DNA of 45,437 nt from Promethearchaeati archaeon (lineage in GTDB: Archaea > Asgardarchaeota > Heimdallarchaeia > JABLTI01), in NCBI GenBank assembly GCA_013166835.1, contig JABLTI010000012.1, forward strand, positions 1 to 45,437, written 5' to 3'. The translations under genes were made by a program, and so were the position numbers. Shown here in pieces: positions 1-10,040 of the stretch; the stretch's first letter is position 1; every line of letters starts with the position of its first letter. The notes under the pieces are model-generated. The model worked only from the letters and a program-made list of their open reading frames with translations, did no database searches and was not told the DNA's origin.

Positions 1-4
1 TGAT

Positions 5-3000
5 TTAGCGTTTTAATCGTCTGATAAGAATAATGGAAATACCAACGAAACCTATGGTTGCAAAGACTACCAGCATTTCTATACCAATTGATGGAGTAGT
101 AGTAGTTATCGTAGGAAAGTCTAATGGGTCAGTGGGATCATGTCCTCGGTCTAACTCAGTTGAATCGAGCCAGCCATCATTATCGGTATCAGGATCTGTT
201 GGATCTATCGCATAGAAATTTGGTGCAGTGATAAGTTGAGTATATTCCTCTAAATTACTTAGACCATCCAAATCATTATCATTGTAAGCATCTGCACCGT
301 ATGTGGGATTCAAGTTATAATACGCTTCCCAACCATCAGGCATACCATCGTTGTCGGTGTCGGCATCGAATGGATCAGTATTCCAGAGGTATTCTTCATA
401 GTTAGATAGGTCATCATCATCTGGATCGTCATTTTCATCATCAGCAACTAATGGATTAAGACCCCAGAGAATTTCATAATCATCTGGAATGTAATCACCA
501 TCTGTATCAACCAGAATTGGACTTGTTCCATAAATTAAGACTTCATCACCATCTGATAGACCATCGCCATCTGTGTCTGGATTAAATGGATCTGAACCAT
601 AGAGAAATTCCATTGAAGCATTAAGACCATCAGAATCATCGTCAGTCGAAGCATCTGGAACTAAAGGATTAAATCCATATTGGACTTCCCAACCATCCCA
701 TAAAATATCAAAATCAGTATCAGGATTAGTGGCGTTTAATCCTAAATCTAATTGCCCTGGAATATATCCGGTACTATTCGCAGCAGGATTTGTTGGGGCA
801 TAATAACCAAAAATTTCACCATAGTCATCAAGTTCATCATCATCTGTATCGCTTTTTGCTGGATGCGTGAAATAAGTATTAACTTCATCTTCATCGCTTA
901 TATTGTCATCATCTGTATCTAAATTATTGGGATCTGATCCCCAGAAATAAACTTCTAGCCCATCAATTATTGTATCATCGTCAGAATCAATATCCAAAAG
1001 ATTTCCGAAGGTATCTCCATCGAAATCAAATAATGGATTGATATCTCTATCCAGCCAATAATCGACTTCATCGCCATCGAGTATTCCATCTGCATCTGTG
1101 TCAGCAATATTTGGATCTGTTGTCCAAATATTATTTTCTTCAAAATCCGCTAATCGATCATAGTCGGTGTCTTTCCCAATCACTTCAAATGAATCCAAGT
1201 CATCAGCTACATAGAGAATATTGTCATAAACCATTAGATTTACTGATGATCCACCATCATTGAAATAACCATAACCACCCAAAGCTGAAGGATCACTTGC
1301 TTCAATTATGAAGACACCATCTTCTTTAGCTGTAACATAAAGATCATCACCGTTATAAACGACTTTTGTTACATTATGAGTTCCTACTAATTTGCTATCT
1401 AGTGATGTTATAGAGTTTATATCAGATATATTGTATAGTTGTACTCCATTTGTAAATTCAGCAATTGATAAGACTGAATTGTTCACATCAATACCATTTG
1501 CACTAACAGTAACAGCATGTGTTGAATGAATGCTTAATGCTGCTGGATTACTGATATCTACTATAGAGTAACCATTTGATCCCATGGTAACAAAAGCATA
1601 ATTACTATTTATCGATACATCTAAGAGACCATTTACTATTCCAGCATTATCCAATTGTACTGGAGCAGTGGGTATTGTCACATTTATAGTTAGAAAATCA
1701 TCGCTTTCTGTAGCAAGATAAACTATATTATCAGCGAATTCCAAAGCTTTTGCTTTCCCAACAGCTAAGGTTGCTAAACTTGTTGGATTACTTGTGTCTG
1801 AAATATCTATTACTTCTAATCCTTCACTTGTCGCACAATAAGCAAGAGTATTATTTATAATTGACTCATAATATGAAACTCCTTCTTGGTCATATTTTGA
1901 GATAATAGTTGGATCTGTAATATCAGACAAATTAATCAGATCAAAACCAATTAAACCGTTTGAGAGTATTCCTATTTCATCGAAGACATAAGTTGAACTC
2001 GGTTCTCCGGCAAATATTACCTCTGATTCTAGAATTGGAGGATCAGGATGTTGCGAATCGAAAATTTTCAAATCGAAACTATTCGCAAGATAAATTGTAT
2101 TTCCATCAATTTTCATATCATTTGCAGAACCTGGCTCATTTGCTATTCGCCAATTTCGGGTTATATCAGATAAGTTATTGAGATCCAACGAGTACAAGTA
2201 TCCGTCATCTCCTGTGGAAAGATATCCTTTTCTACCTATATCCCATTCAAAGAATTCAGCATACTCATAGATACCTACATCATAGGATCCTAAAAGAGTG
2301 ATATTGGTTTGATCAGTATAATTGTAAATTTTCAAACCACTAGCTCCTTCAGCAACATACAAATATGGCCAACTGAAGTCACCATTACGAGCATCTGATG
2401 AAACATCAGATAGGATAGTAATCAATGATGGATTCAAAGGAGTTGTTATATCAATCGCAGCAATACCTTCATCCCCTGCCATAAGAAAGGCAATATTGTT
2501 TAGAGGATCAGCAACTACTCCGATAATCTCATCTAATCCGAAATCATCTGTTTTAATCCTAGTAAAGTTTCTATCATTATATCTGAAGTTAAAAATCTCA
2601 AGTCCACCAGTTCCATCAGCTACATATAAGAAATCATAACCCATGAACTCTAAATCATAAGCTTCTCCGCCATCATCGTGTGTGGCTACGCTTTCTATAT
2701 CATCCCAATCACTCACATCTATGATTTCAAGACCGTTTTCATATGAAGCAAGATAAACTAAACCTGCATGTACTGCTGCATCATAGACTGTCCCACCACT
2801 ATAATAACTGCCTAAAACCTCTGGGTTCTGGGAATCAGACACATCTATGAATGTAACTCCACCGCCTAAACCTGATACAATTAGTACATCATCTTCGCCA
2901 GATAAAGAGTTTACAGTTTCGATTCTATAGGCATTTCCAAAATCAACATCCAAAACACCCATTTTGGTTAAACCATTTGATGTTGCCTCTAATTCTAAAT

Positions 3001-3184
3001 AATGATTCCAAAGTTCTTCTCTTTTCTGTATTTCTACAAGAGAATCATCTTGTCCTTCGATTTTATCCCTTATTGGAACTCCTTTATTCACTGCGATAAA
3101 GGATACTGATAACAACATTAACATTACAACACTTAATACAATGAAAAAGCTCTTGTTTCGCTTCATATTTTTCACCAGTTTCAT
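5..3184 (-). CDS. Large cell-surface protein: LVIVD beta-propeller repeats, DxDxDG (thrombospondin type-3-like) Ca-binding repeats, C-terminal TM anchor
   Basis: N-terminal signal/TM; repeated (V/L)Y(L/V)A....GL.I.D(V/I)S..P motifs; many DTDxDG/LxDxxE repeats; ends TTTTPSIG-hydrophobic-RRLKR. Confidence 0.85.
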   Translation of the reverse strand: MKLVKNMKRNKSFFIVLSVVMLMLLSVSFIAVNKGVPIRDKIEGQDDSLVEIQKREELWNHYLELEATSNGLTKMGVLDVDFGNAYRIETVNSLSGEDDVLIVSGLGGGVTFIDVSDSQNPEVLGSYYSGGTVYDAAVHAGLVYLASYENGLEIIDVSDWDDIESVATHDDGGEAYDLEFMGYDFLYVADGTGGLEIFNFRYNDRNFTRIKTDDFGLDEIIGVVADPLNNIAFLMAGDEGIAAIDITTPLNPSLITILSDVSSDARNGDFSWPYLYVAEGASGLKIYNYTDQTNITLLGSYDVGIYEYAEFFEWDIGRKGYLSTGDDGYLYSLDLNNLSDITRNWRIANEPGSANDMKIDGNTIYLANSFDLKIFDSQHPDPPILESEVIFAGEPSSTYVFDEIGILSNGLIGFDLINLSDITDPTIISKYDQEGVSYYESIINNTLAYCATSEGLEVIDISDTSNPTSLATLAVGKAKALEFADNIVYLATESDDFLTINVTIPTAPVQLDNAGIVNGLLDVSINSNYAFVTMGSNGYSIVDISNPAALSIHSTHAVTVSANGIDVNNSVLSIAEFTNGVQLYNISDINSITSLDSKLVGTHNVTKVVYNGDDLYVTAKEDGVFIIEASDPSALGGYGYFNDGGSSVNLMVYDNILYVADDLDSFEVIGKDTDYDRLADFEENNIWTTDPNIADTDADGILDGDEVDYWLDRDINPLFDFDGDTFGNLLDIDSDDDTIIDGLEVYFWGSDPNNLDTDDDNISDEDEVNTYFTHPAKSDTDDDELDDYGEIFGYYAPTNPAANSTGYIPGQLDLGLNATNPDTDFDILWDGWEVQYGFNPLVPDASTDDDSDGLNASMEFLYGSDPFNPDTDGDGLSDGDEVLIYGTSPILVDTDGDYIPDDYEILWGLNPLVADDENDDPDDDDLSNYEEYLWNTDPFDADTDNDGMPDGWEAYYNLNPTYGADAYNDNDLDGLSNLEEYTQLITAPNFYAIDPTDPDTDNDGWLDSTELDRGHDPTDPLDFPTITTTTPSIGIEMLVVFATIGFVGISIILIRRLKR

Positions 3185-3459
3185 TGATATAATCTTAGAT
3201 TGGATTTCGGTCTCTTCTTATACTTTATTGACTGAAAGGTTTTCAGTTGATAAACTTTTCTTATTCTCTTTCAATCTCATTTTTCTTTTTAAGTATTTAT
3301 TCCATGTAATTAATAACGTCTATATATTCTTCTTCTTATTATCTTTTTTTCAGTCTCTGATATTCGCTTTGAAACTATAAAAACAATGAAATTCTTACTT
3401 TTCACTTAAAACGAGGGAAAATTTCATTTTCTATTAATGAATTCTTTAAGTGAAGAATT

Positions 3460-4260
3460 ATGAGCTCAGAAACTAGAATCTATTTGCATGAGTTAAGGTT
3501 TGATCTTTATTATTCTCTTGAGGAATCGCCAGTAGAAGAAGTTGAAAAAGTGTTAGGATTACTTGAGAAAGTAAAACAATCTAAAAAGATCAAGTTCAAT
3601 AAAATTACAAACATCACTGAAAATAAATATAAGAAGCTTAAACGAGAAATTAGTGCTGCTGCTGGTCCTGGGAAATTCAAAATTGTTAGTGGAGGAGGAG
3701 CTGCACTTGCAATTTCCAAATCTAAAAAGCTGAATTTCAAACAAGGACCTATTTTAGTCATTCTCTATAAAGATGAAATCATACGAGTTTGTCCATATGG
3801 AGAACAAGGCGTGAAAGGAAGTAGAATTAGCCCTTTTGATTTTTTAACAGAGATCATAAATAGCAAAACAGATTTTTTCTCTGATTTGGATGAAAAATCA
3901 TTTACCGAACAAAATCTTCGTAATTTAATTATTAGAAAACCTTCACTTTTAGGTGAAGAATTGGAGTATCTCGAGGTAGAAGTGAGTTTAGATTCTGCGA
4001 TAATAGATTTGGTTTTAATTGATAAAAATATGAATCATTTATTATTAGAAATAAAACTCGATGCGAAAGATAGAACTATTGGTCAAGTAACTCGATATAA
4101 TATTGTTGATTATGCTAAAAAGAAAGGAATAGAACCCGAGAATGTACGTAAAGGCATAGTGACCCTAAGTTATACTGGTCAAATTGCTAAAGCATGTAAA
4201 GAAAATAAGATTGAACTTTTTATTGTTAAATTTGAAAACATTGGATATATCTCCAAATAG
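3460..4260 (+). CDS. Protein with C-terminal NucS/DUF91-like PD-(D/E)xK nuclease domain and an unrecognised N-terminal domain
   Basis: EQNLRNLI..KPSLL..ELE....E......IDLVLID......LEIK......IGQVTRY matches the NucS C-terminal catalytic pattern. Confidence 0.7.
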   Translation: MSSETRIYLHELRFDLYYSLEESPVEEVEKVLGLLEKVKQSKKIKFNKITNITENKYKKLKREISAAAGPGKFKIVSGGGAALAISKSKKLNFKQGPILVILYKDEIIRVCPYGEQGVKGSRISPFDFLTEIINSKTDFFSDLDEKSFTEQNLRNLIIRKPSLLGEELEYLEVEVSLDSAIIDLVLIDKNMNHLLLEIKLDAKDRTIGQVTRYNIVDYAKKKGIEPENVRKGIVTLSYTGQIAKACKENKIELFIVKFENIGYISK

Positions 4261-4367
4261 AAATTAAATGTAAGACAAAATTTTTCAAGCTGATGTGTAA
4301 TTTAATATATTATAATTTCCAGCGATAATTCAATAAATATAGTATTACATAATGGCAGGATTCAATA

Positions 4368-5183
4368 ATGGTTGAAACAGGGATAGAGAAGTTTGAAAAT
4401 GCTTTGAAATGCACTAAAAATGGTGACTACCAAAAAGCATGTACACTTTATGATGATCTTATACAATCCTCGGTTTCAGTTTATAGTATTGTTTCTCAAG
4501 GTATTTTTAAGATAAGTGAATGGGAGTATTTACAAGACATTTCCGATTGTGAAAAGAAAGTCAATACAGATGAACCAAATTTCAATGCTTATATGGCTTT
4601 AGCGCTATTATTCAAAATTGCTGGGAATAAAGAACGAAGAAATATGTTTGTTCAGAAAGCTTTGAAGATCAATAGTAATAATGCTCGTGTTTGGCGAGAA
4701 TATGGGGAGTCAGAATTTCATTTAGGAAATATAAGACAATCTCTTTTACATTTCCAGGAAGCAGTAAATCTTGATGCTGTCGATTGTATCTCATATGAAG
4801 GCATTGGTTTATGCTTTTATTACTTAGATGAACCAATTAAAGCTATTACCCCACTAAAGAAATCCCTGTCTCTTTTTCCAAATAATCATATTGTAATGAA
4901 TCATTTATCTTTTATTTTATCTGAGCTGGGAGAATTATGTGAAGCTGAAAATTTAATTAACAAAGCTCTGAAGTTTGAAGCGAATAATAATGTATATCTT
5001 GATACTTATGCTTGCGTTCTATTTTTGAAAGAAAAATACCAAGAATCACTAAAGATTTTCGAGAAGATTCTTGTTAACAAACCAAAAGAATGGGAAGTTT
5101 CTTGGGATATCTTATCCCATCTTTATGAAATTCTAGGTTTGCATGTGAAAGCAAAACAAATCGAAGAAAAACTTTACCTTTGA
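4368..5183 (+). CDS. Tetratricopeptide repeat protein
   Basis: Tandem ~34-aa helical repeats (VWREYG..., SYEGIG..., VMNHLS..., YLDTYA...). Confidence 0.85.
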   Translation: MVETGIEKFENALKCTKNGDYQKACTLYDDLIQSSVSVYSIVSQGIFKISEWEYLQDISDCEKKVNTDEPNFNAYMALALLFKIAGNKERRNMFVQKALKINSNNARVWREYGESEFHLGNIRQSLLHFQEAVNLDAVDCISYEGIGLCFYYLDEPIKAITPLKKSLSLFPNNHIVMNHLSFILSELGELCEAENLINKALKFEANNNVYLDTYACVLFLKEKYQESLKIFEKILVNKPKEWEVSWDILSHLYEILGLHVKAKQIEEKLYL

Positions 5184-5195
5184 TTAATTGTATTT

Positions 5196-5648
5196 CTAAA
5201 AAACAAATGCTTTATCGCATTGCACCATAAGCTTTATTGCATTATGTAAATGAATCAATTCTATTCCATCTATAATATCTTCCTCTTTTAGACCTGTTAA
5301 TGCTAAGGAGCTTCTACAAGTCATAACATGTCCACCAAAAGAAATTATCCCTTCTATTAATTCATGGGGAGTAAAACTTACATCATCTTCATCGGGTGAT
5401 ATTTGTTCTCCTATTTTCGAAGATGATTTATCTTTTTGACTAAACTGATCCAAAGTTTTTTGCGTCATATCTTCAGGATTGGTTGCTAGCCAAATTGCTT
5501 CTTCTGTTAAAAGAACATGAACTTCGTACTCTTCCATCAAAAGTGTTAGACCAATTCTTAAACCAGCATTGATACTGTTTCGATGAATTCCTTCCTTTGG
5601 GGAATTGGCAAATAATAGAAAGTACTTTGCTGGAAAGTTAGTTGACAT
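5196..5648 (-). CDS. DsrE/DsrF-like sulfur-relay family protein
   Basis: SP....., V.VLLTEEAIWLA, V.TCRSSL...GL...D.IDG, ends CDKAFVF; ATG at 5648 preferred to GTG 5657. Confidence 0.75.
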   Translation of the reverse strand: MSTNFPAKYFLLFANSPKEGIHRNSINAGLRIGLTLLMEEYEVHVLLTEEAIWLATNPEDMTQKTLDQFSQKDKSSSKIGEQISPDEDDVSFTPHELIEGIISFGGHVMTCRSSLALTGLKEEDIIDGIELIHLHNAIKLMVQCDKAFVF

Positions 5649-5863
5649 AGGAAACACAACAAGTTAAGTCTTAACAAAGAAAAAACAGCAATACCATTTA
5701 AAAATCATTCTGGAAAATGCAAAATTGGTTTAAACAAACTCAACACTTTAATTGGAAATTAAAACCAAAGCACTCGATCGAATTAAAGTATATAAGAACA
5801 TGTTTATATTTCAGAATAAGTTAATTTATTTGAAATTTAAAGAACAAGGGGAAATAATGACAT

Positions 5864-6100
5864 TTGTCTTTTGTATCTGATAGAAAAAAACAGTTAATGA
5901 GAATATTAATTGCAGGTTCAGCATTAATTCCAGTGTATGTTATTTACATCACTTTTGCTTCTAAACCATTACCTGTTGGTATATTCACATTTGTATATTC
6001 CATTTTTATTGTTATAACTTGGTTCTTATTCTACTTCGATTTCTTCATAAAGAAACCAACATTCAATGGCACCACATCAAACGGAAATCCAAGTAAGTAA
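5864..6100 (+). CDS. Small 2-TM membrane protein, unknown function
   Basis: Two hydrophobic segments with basic flanks; fills the intergenic space. Confidence 0.6.
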   Translation: MSFVSDRKKQLMRILIAGSALIPVYVIYITFASKPLPVGIFTFVYSIFIVITWFLFYFDFFIKKPTFNGTTSNGNPSK

Positions 6101-6249
6101 GAAAATATACAAAATTTCGAATAGAAACACGCTTTTTACTAATATTTTATTTGTGAATATCAAATTTAAATTAGGTTAAACTGAGTTATCCAAAGATTAA
6201 AAATAAACAGACAAATTTATGAATTACTTGTGAATGGTAAGTGTTGAAT

Positions 6250-6255
6250 GAGGTG
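6250..6255 (+). promoter_or_regulatory. Shine-Dalgarno site GAGGTG upstream of the ABC exporter
   Basis: Close match to the archaeal SD consensus GGAGGTGA, 6 nt before an in-frame ATC at 6262. Confidence 0.5.
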
Positions 6256-6312
6256 TAGATAATCTCTCAAGGAAATACCAAAACCAATGCAAACAATAAT
6301 CAACTTTCTAAA

Positions 6313-8226
6313 TTGCAATTGGATATTAGAGAAATTCCAGATTCTCACATAAAATGGTTATTTCAACAAGTTTTTAGAAAACCAGCTATTGCCATCACAA
6401 TTATTATTGGAACCATAGTGTCAATAGCCATAACTATGGCTAGACCATTTCTAACTGGACTCTTATTTGACTTATTATGGTCAAAATACGAACAAATACC
6501 AACTACACCTGTTGTAGATTTCTTATCATTAATTATAGTTGATTATGAGGCACTCTGGTTAATTTTTGGGATTTTTCTAACCGGAATTGTAGGTTTCGTA
6601 GTTAACGTAATTATTGGAATATTAAATGAATACCTTGCACAACATACTGAAAAATCAATTAGAGAGGATTTCTACGCTTCTGTGCAAAGTAAATCGATGG
6701 CTTTCCATGATACTACTAAAGTTGGGGAGCTAATGTCCCAAGCAACTTTTGATGTTAGAATAATTAATGCAACTATATCACCAGGAATACGAATGATAAC
6801 TCAGGCAATAGTTACAGCTGGTGTTGCTTTTGGAATGTTATTTTGGTACAAATGGGAAGTTGGTCTTATGGTTATAGCATTTATTCCGTTTTACATTTGG
6901 ACACTTCGTAGATATGCTAGAAATATGGCCCCTTTAACACAAAAAGTTCAAACACAATTTGGTATTTGCAATGCTCATTTACAAGAAAATGTTTCTGGTA
7001 TTAGAGTAGTTCGAGCTTTTACAGCGGAAAGACATGAAGCTAAGAGATTTCAAAAAGAAGTAGATACATTAAGAGATGATATAATAGATCGTGGTGTGCA
7101 ACAAGCACGATACTTCCCACCTTTAATTCTCTCTCTTTCAATAACTGCTGCAATAGGATTGAGTATCTGGTTTATTACACAAGGAATGATGACCGGCGGT
7201 GAAGCAATAATAATTAATGGAGCATTAATGCAGTTATATAATCCAACCTATATGATCTCCTGGGTATTATTCTTAACTCATATGGGAATTGCTGGAGCGA
7301 AAAGAATTACTGGAACAATGAAAGAAGAAGAAATCATAATAGAGAAACCCGAAGCAGTCAAATTAGAAAATGTGAAAGGCGTTATTGAATACAAAGATGT
7401 AGATTTCAGCTATCATAAGCTAAGAGATAAAAAAGTCACGAGTAAAAAGGACAAAACAGAGACTATTGAACCAGAAAAACCTGAAATAATAATTCGAGAT
7501 ACTTTGGAAAGTATTAACTTTATAACACAACCAGGAGATATTGTGGCAATTCTTGGACCAACAGGTTGTGGGAAATCAACTATTACAAAATTATTAGCCA
7601 GAATGTATGATGTTGATTCCGGAGAGATTTTAATTGATGGTCATAACATTCAAGATCTTACTCTCGAGTCATTAAGGAAAAATATTGGAGTAATTGAGCA
7701 AGATATCTTTCTATTCTCAACCACTATAAAGGAAAACATAAGTTATGGCGTTGATCGTGAAGTTTCGGATGAAGAGATTGTGGAATATGCAAAAGCTGCT
7801 CAAGCTCACGAATTCATTATGACTTTCCAAGATGGTTATGAAACTCTCGTAGGAGAAAGAGGTGTTACATTATCTGGAGGTCAAAAACAGAGAATTGCCA
7901 TTGCTCGAGCGTTTCTAGCTGATCCAAAAATATTGATACTTGATGATTCTGCTTCAGCTATTGATGCGCAAACAGAAGAGAAAATACAGAAAGCAATGGA
8001 TAATTTACTTAAAAACAGAACTGTGTTTATTATAACTCATAGACTTGCAACAATTAAGCGAGCCAATAAAATTATCGTTTTACGAAAAGGAGTTATCGTA
8101 GCTCAAGGATCTCACGAGAAGTTACTTAGATCCAGTGAAGATTACCGAAGAGTATTTGGTCGTCACTTAGATTTGCCACCAATAGAACCAGAAACTGTTG
8201 GAAGTGCTGCAGGAGGATCAAAATAA
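6313..8226 (+). CDS. ABC exporter TMD-NBD subunit 1 (TM287-like, degenerate Walker B); real start possibly ATC 6262
   Basis: Multi-TM domain; GPTGCGKS, LSGGQ, ILILDD (Glu to Asp), THR. Confidence 0.93.
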   Translation: MQLDIREIPDSHIKWLFQQVFRKPAIAITIIIGTIVSIAITMARPFLTGLLFDLLWSKYEQIPTTPVVDFLSLIIVDYEALWLIFGIFLTGIVGFVVNVIIGILNEYLAQHTEKSIREDFYASVQSKSMAFHDTTKVGELMSQATFDVRIINATISPGIRMITQAIVTAGVAFGMLFWYKWEVGLMVIAFIPFYIWTLRRYARNMAPLTQKVQTQFGICNAHLQENVSGIRVVRAFTAERHEAKRFQKEVDTLRDDIIDRGVQQARYFPPLILSLSITAAIGLSIWFITQGMMTGGEAIIINGALMQLYNPTYMISWVLFLTHMGIAGAKRITGTMKEEEIIIEKPEAVKLENVKGVIEYKDVDFSYHKLRDKKVTSKKDKTETIEPEKPEIIIRDTLESINFITQPGDIVAILGPTGCGKSTITKLLARMYDVDSGEILIDGHNIQDLTLESLRKNIGVIEQDIFLFSTTIKENISYGVDREVSDEEIVEYAKAAQAHEFIMTFQDGYETLVGERGVTLSGGQKQRIAIARAFLADPKILILDDSASAIDAQTEEKIQKAMDNLLKNRTVFIITHRLATIKRANKIIVLRKGVIVAQGSHEKLLRSSEDYRRVFGRHLDLPPIEPETVGSAAGGSK

Positions 8227-10034
8227 TGTCTTGGTTTGGTGTAGGTAGAAGTGAAGAAGAGGGTGAAAGAAAATTCACTGATAAAGAACTTACTCAAAAA
8301 ATGATTCATTATATTTCTCCTTACAAACGAGCTATCTTAATCACGACAATATTTATTGTAATAAATACTGCTTTGACACTTGCTCCCCCTTACATTATTG
8401 GTAGATTATTTGATATGGCACTAGAAATAGATGCTTCTATTAGGATAATTATTGCTCTAGTTATCACAAATATGGTTCTTAATTTTCTTACATGGTTTCT
8501 AGGGGAGTATTTGACTCGAGTAATTACTATACGAGCCATTACAAAAGCAACAAGAGATATACGAATGGATATGTTTAATAAAATCCAGAATCATGATTTC
8601 AGATTCTTTGATTCTCATATCACAGGAAAAATCATGTCTCGAGTAATGAATGATACAGACACTCTTAGAGATACCCTTTTCTTCATAACTCAATTAATTG
8701 GTAATGTCTTATTGGTCTTAGCTTCGACAGGATTACTCATTTACTTGAATTGGCAATTGGCATTAATTTCCCTCTCATTAACACCACTATTGTTTCTGCT
8801 TATGTACATCTTTAGAAAATTCGTCAGAAGAACAATGCTAAATTGGCGAAAAACTGTAGCGATTGTTAATGCTGCTATGGGAGAAAGCATTTCAGGGATA
8901 GCGGTTAGTAAATCTTTCTCAAGAGAAAAACAAAATTTGGAAGATTTCAAAAAAGTGAATCATAATAATTTTGTAGCCTCATTCAAACGAGCTCTAACTT
9001 TTGCCACTCTTTGGCCCATTGTAACGCTTCTACAGATCATAGTTTTAGTATTATTGTATCTCTATGGACAAAACTTAGTTCTCTTTAATTCAGCCGTGGT
9101 TATCACCCCAGGTCTTTTGTACAGTTTCACTATCTATCTTTGGAGATTTTTCTTCCCATTAACACAAGTTGCTAATTTCTATTCACAATACCAAGCCGGA
9201 CTTGCAGCAATGGAGAGAATTTTCGGATTAATGGCAATAGAGTCAGAAGTACAACAGTCAGAAGAACCAATTATAATCCCTGAATTTAAAGGAGAAATCG
9301 AATTCAAAAATATGGATTTCTGGTACAATGAGGAAGAAAAGGTATTCGAAAAATTCTCCTTAAAAATCGAACCAGGAGAAACAGTAGCAATTGTGGGGGA
9401 AACTGGAGCTGGAAAAACAACTTTGGCTTCTTTACTCTCGAGATTTTATGAAATCAAAGGAGGAGAAATCCTCATCGATGGAGTGGAAATTCGAAAACTT
9501 CACATCGAATGGTACAGACAACAAGTTGCTTTAGTTTTACAAGACAGTTTCTTATTCGCAGGTTCTATAAAAGATAACATAAAATTTGGTCGGATATGGG
9601 ATGATCCTACTGATGAAGAGGTTCATCTAGCTGCTAGAGCAGTCCAAGCAACTGAATTTATCGAAGATTTTCCTGATGGTTTTGAGACTGATGTTTTGGA
9701 ACGTGGTAAAAGATTATCCACTGGACAAAGACAATTAGTTACTTTCGCTCGAGCATTACTTGCTGATCCTAAAATCTTAATCCTTGATGAGGCCACTGCG
9801 AGCGTTGACGCGTACACTGAAGCCATGATTCAAGATGCTCTTGAGATGATCATGAAAGGTAGGACCTCAATAATTATTGCCCATCGACTTTCTACAATTA
9901 AAAATGCTGATAAAATTGTTATGATTGAACATGGTAAAATTGTAGAAATGGGAAGCCACGATCAGCTTTTGAAGGAGAAAGGCCACTATGCAAATCTCTA
10001 TGATACTTACTTCAAGCACCAATCTTTGTTCTAA
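8226..10034 (+). CDS. ABC exporter TMD-NBD subunit 2 (TM288-like)
   Basis: GETGAGKT, degenerate LSTGQ signature, ILILDE, AHR; TAATG stop/start overlap with subunit 1. Confidence 0.93.
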   Translation: MSWFGVGRSEEEGERKFTDKELTQKMIHYISPYKRAILITTIFIVINTALTLAPPYIIGRLFDMALEIDASIRIIIALVITNMVLNFLTWFLGEYLTRVITIRAITKATRDIRMDMFNKIQNHDFRFFDSHITGKIMSRVMNDTDTLRDTLFFITQLIGNVLLVLASTGLLIYLNWQLALISLSLTPLLFLLMYIFRKFVRRTMLNWRKTVAIVNAAMGESISGIAVSKSFSREKQNLEDFKKVNHNNFVASFKRALTFATLWPIVTLLQIIVLVLLYLYGQNLVLFNSAVVITPGLLYSFTIYLWRFFFPLTQVANFYSQYQAGLAAMERIFGLMAIESEVQQSEEPIIIPEFKGEIEFKNMDFWYNEEEKVFEKFSLKIEPGETVAIVGETGAGKTTLASLLSRFYEIKGGEILIDGVEIRKLHIEWYRQQVALVLQDSFLFAGSIKDNIKFGRIWDDPTDEEVHLAARAVQATEFIEDFPDGFETDVLERGKRLSTGQRQLVTFARALLADPKILILDEATASVDAYTEAMIQDALEMIMKGRTSIIIAHRLSTIKNADKIVMIEHGKIVEMGSHDQLLKEKGHYANLYDTYFKHQSLF

Positions 10035-10040
10035 TTAATA

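Noticed and set aside
130-1180. Repetitive ATC/TCA-rich DNA that could be taken for a tandem array
   Set aside because: Explained by the encoded Asp-rich DxDxDG protein repeats; no constant repeat-spacer structure
33-2181. Short plus-strand ORFs 33..215 and 1960..2181
   Set aside because: Antisense shadows of the 1059-aa surface protein
3141-3410. 79-aa Phe/Leu-rich plus-strand ORF and short Lys/Glu-rich minus-strand fragments
   Set aside because: Low-complexity T-rich intergenic DNA; overlaps a real start; minus-strand frames are interrupted and match nothing recognisable
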